NCBI GenBank assembly: GCA_036630325.1 | Contig: CP142729.1 | Span: forward strand, 1,240,001-1,304,000 | Origin: Vairimorpha necatrix | Lineage: Eukaryota | Direction of reading: 5' to 3' | DNA: 64,000 nt | In this document: piece by piece, positions 62,448 through 64,000 of the stretch | How positions within the stretch are numbered: the stretch's first letter is position 1 | How the letters are laid out: each line of letters opens with the position of its first letter | The notes under the pieces: generated by a model | The model's input: the letters and a program-made list of their open reading frames with translations, nothing else | Told to the model about the DNA's origin: nothing | Databases searched by the model: none | Translations under genes and position numbers: made by a program

Positions 62448-63049
62448 GATACATGATCGTTTGGAACCCATATCGAAAATTTTAAATCACGGCCTATAAG
62501 AAAATGAAAACATCGGTAAGAACAAAATTTGTTATATCTGATAAGTTTTTTTTAATATGAAAATAAATCGAAATTTAATGCAGAACCAGCGTGTGCTTAC
62601 CCGTCCCGTAGCCAATATAAATGCGGCTATTCTCCTTGAGATAATACAAGATTATATATTGACTAGTTTTTTTTTGTGATCATTGATCAATGAAGAGCAT
62701 ATGATGCCGCATTAGACAAATTACAGGAATGGCGCACAGGATTAGAAATTACGCCGTCAATTTCGCAAACTTTAACGATCTCGAGACACAATACCAAACA
62801 AATTAGGAGGGTTAAAGGTTTCTCAAGGGAGATGTTTGGTCCAAACGTGAAATAAACCAGGGCGAACTCTATAAATACCTTTACAGTTTCTCTAGTCTTA
62901 TCAAATAACAGAACAAAGTATAACTAATCCTTTTTATTATTCAAAACAAATTGCTAAGTCTCTTTTATAGAAATTTTTTTATTTTTCCCGATTTTAAAAC
63001 TTCAATGAGGGTTCATTTTCTCAAGATGGGTTCAAGACGGTCATCTACT
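62448..63049 (+). mobile_element. Merlin-like deletion derivative, 602 bp, same TIR family as 29585..30186
   Basis: Ends GATACATGATCGTTTGGAACCC / GGGTTCAAGACGGTCATCTACT; internal remnant PVANINAAILLEIIQDYIL..DQ*RAYDAAL..NYAVNF resembles a Merlin transposase C-terminal half. Confidence 0.65.
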
Positions 63050-63179
63050 GACATCTAACGACTCAGAGCTATTATTGGTATCCCCCCTAAGATACCACCT
63101 TTGTCACAGTTAATTTTCATACAAATCTTAGCTGCCCATCTGCTGACTTGACACACTTTATGTTTCAAAACATCAAGAG

Positions 63180-63434
63180 CAGGGGTCGGCAACGAAGACC
63201 CGCGGGTGCAGTTCCTCCCGTTTTATAAATTTGGTGCGCCCGTTTTCATTTTTCACATTAAGAAGGAATTTTAAAAATTTAATATTTCATTTTTTTAAAT
63301 AAATTTGGTCAATTACATTTTTAATGCTAAATATTGGGATTACATTATAAGGAGTTGATGTACTTTTAGTTAAGCAAAAAGAGCTTTCAACAAAATTTTT
63401 TTGACATATGATGATTATAACAATAAAATTATTT
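63180..63434 (+). mobile_element. Left end of a hAT (Charlie/Buster-like) element
   Basis: CAGGGGTCGGCAAC..GACCCGCGGG terminus typical of Charlie-type hAT TIRs; partner end not in window. Confidence 0.5.
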
Positions 63435-64000
63435 GGTACATGATCGTTTTGAACCCGCATTGGGAAAATGAACAAGTATTGGGAAAATAAACCCGCTTTG
63501 AAATTTTAAAGGACCGCCTTTAAAAAAATGGCAAAATTGACAAAACAATGTTTGTTGAGGCAGATGAGGTTTTTAGTGATGAAATGTATTTATACATGGA
63601 ATACAAAGAAAAGTTTATTTTGAAAACATTTGATGCTGAATCGGCGTGCGCTTTGCTCGTTTCTGTAACTAGTAGAAATATTGCTTTTTCCTTGAGGTTA
63701 TACAAGAAAATGTATAACCTGTTTCTATTATGATCTCTAATCAATGGGTACGTATGATGCCACATTAGCTAAGCAAAGAAATGGAGCACAGAACTAAGAA
63801 TCACACCATAAATGTTGTAACCTCTAGCGACTCTGAGTCATAATTCCATATAATTTAGTTGGTTTTGGGCTCATTTTTATAAGTGATATTCGTTTTTAAC
63901 ATACACAAAGAAGAACATTATGATTACCTTTTACAGTTCCACTGGGCTTTCCAAATTCCTAAAAATCTCCGGATAAATTGTCTTCTGTCCTTATTTAAAA
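63435..64000 (+). mobile_element. Inverted copy of the 29585..30186 Merlin-like element (runs off window)
   Basis: TIR GGTACATGATCGTTTTGAACCCGCATTGGGAAAATGAAC; interior matches the reverse complement of ~29650..30120. Confidence 0.85.

Overview
Very AT-rich, intron-free eukaryotic DNA with CCC-motif start contexts, a polar-tube-protein-2 gene and a ricin-B lectin. It is almost certainly a microsporidian chromosome segment (Nosema/Vairimorpha-like; inferred). Bases ~2.8-20 kb are a compact core-gene block: PTP2-like, DP/E2F factor, LeuRS, CCCH zinc finger, eIF4G, DPH3, ricin lectin, NAP and two paralogous helical-repeat proteins. Bases 20-64 kb are gene-sparse, with lineage-specific secreted-protein families (intact and decayed) among transposons: Ginger-like, Merlin/IS1016-like, a long-TIR MITE, a hAT end, a solo LTR and two Ty3/gypsy elements. 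Two observations stand out. (1) Both gypsy elements have ultra-short LTRs (48-49 bp and 70 bp) made of a microsporidian core promoter (AT-rich + CCC + ATG) plus AATAAA, so gag starts inside the LTR and reads through the primer-binding site; the more complete element also shows no protease. (2) A ~790-bp structured element with a tRNA-like head and a poly(A) tail (SINE-like) occurs twice, and the second copy begins at the end of the tRNA-like head. All alignments were done by eye.
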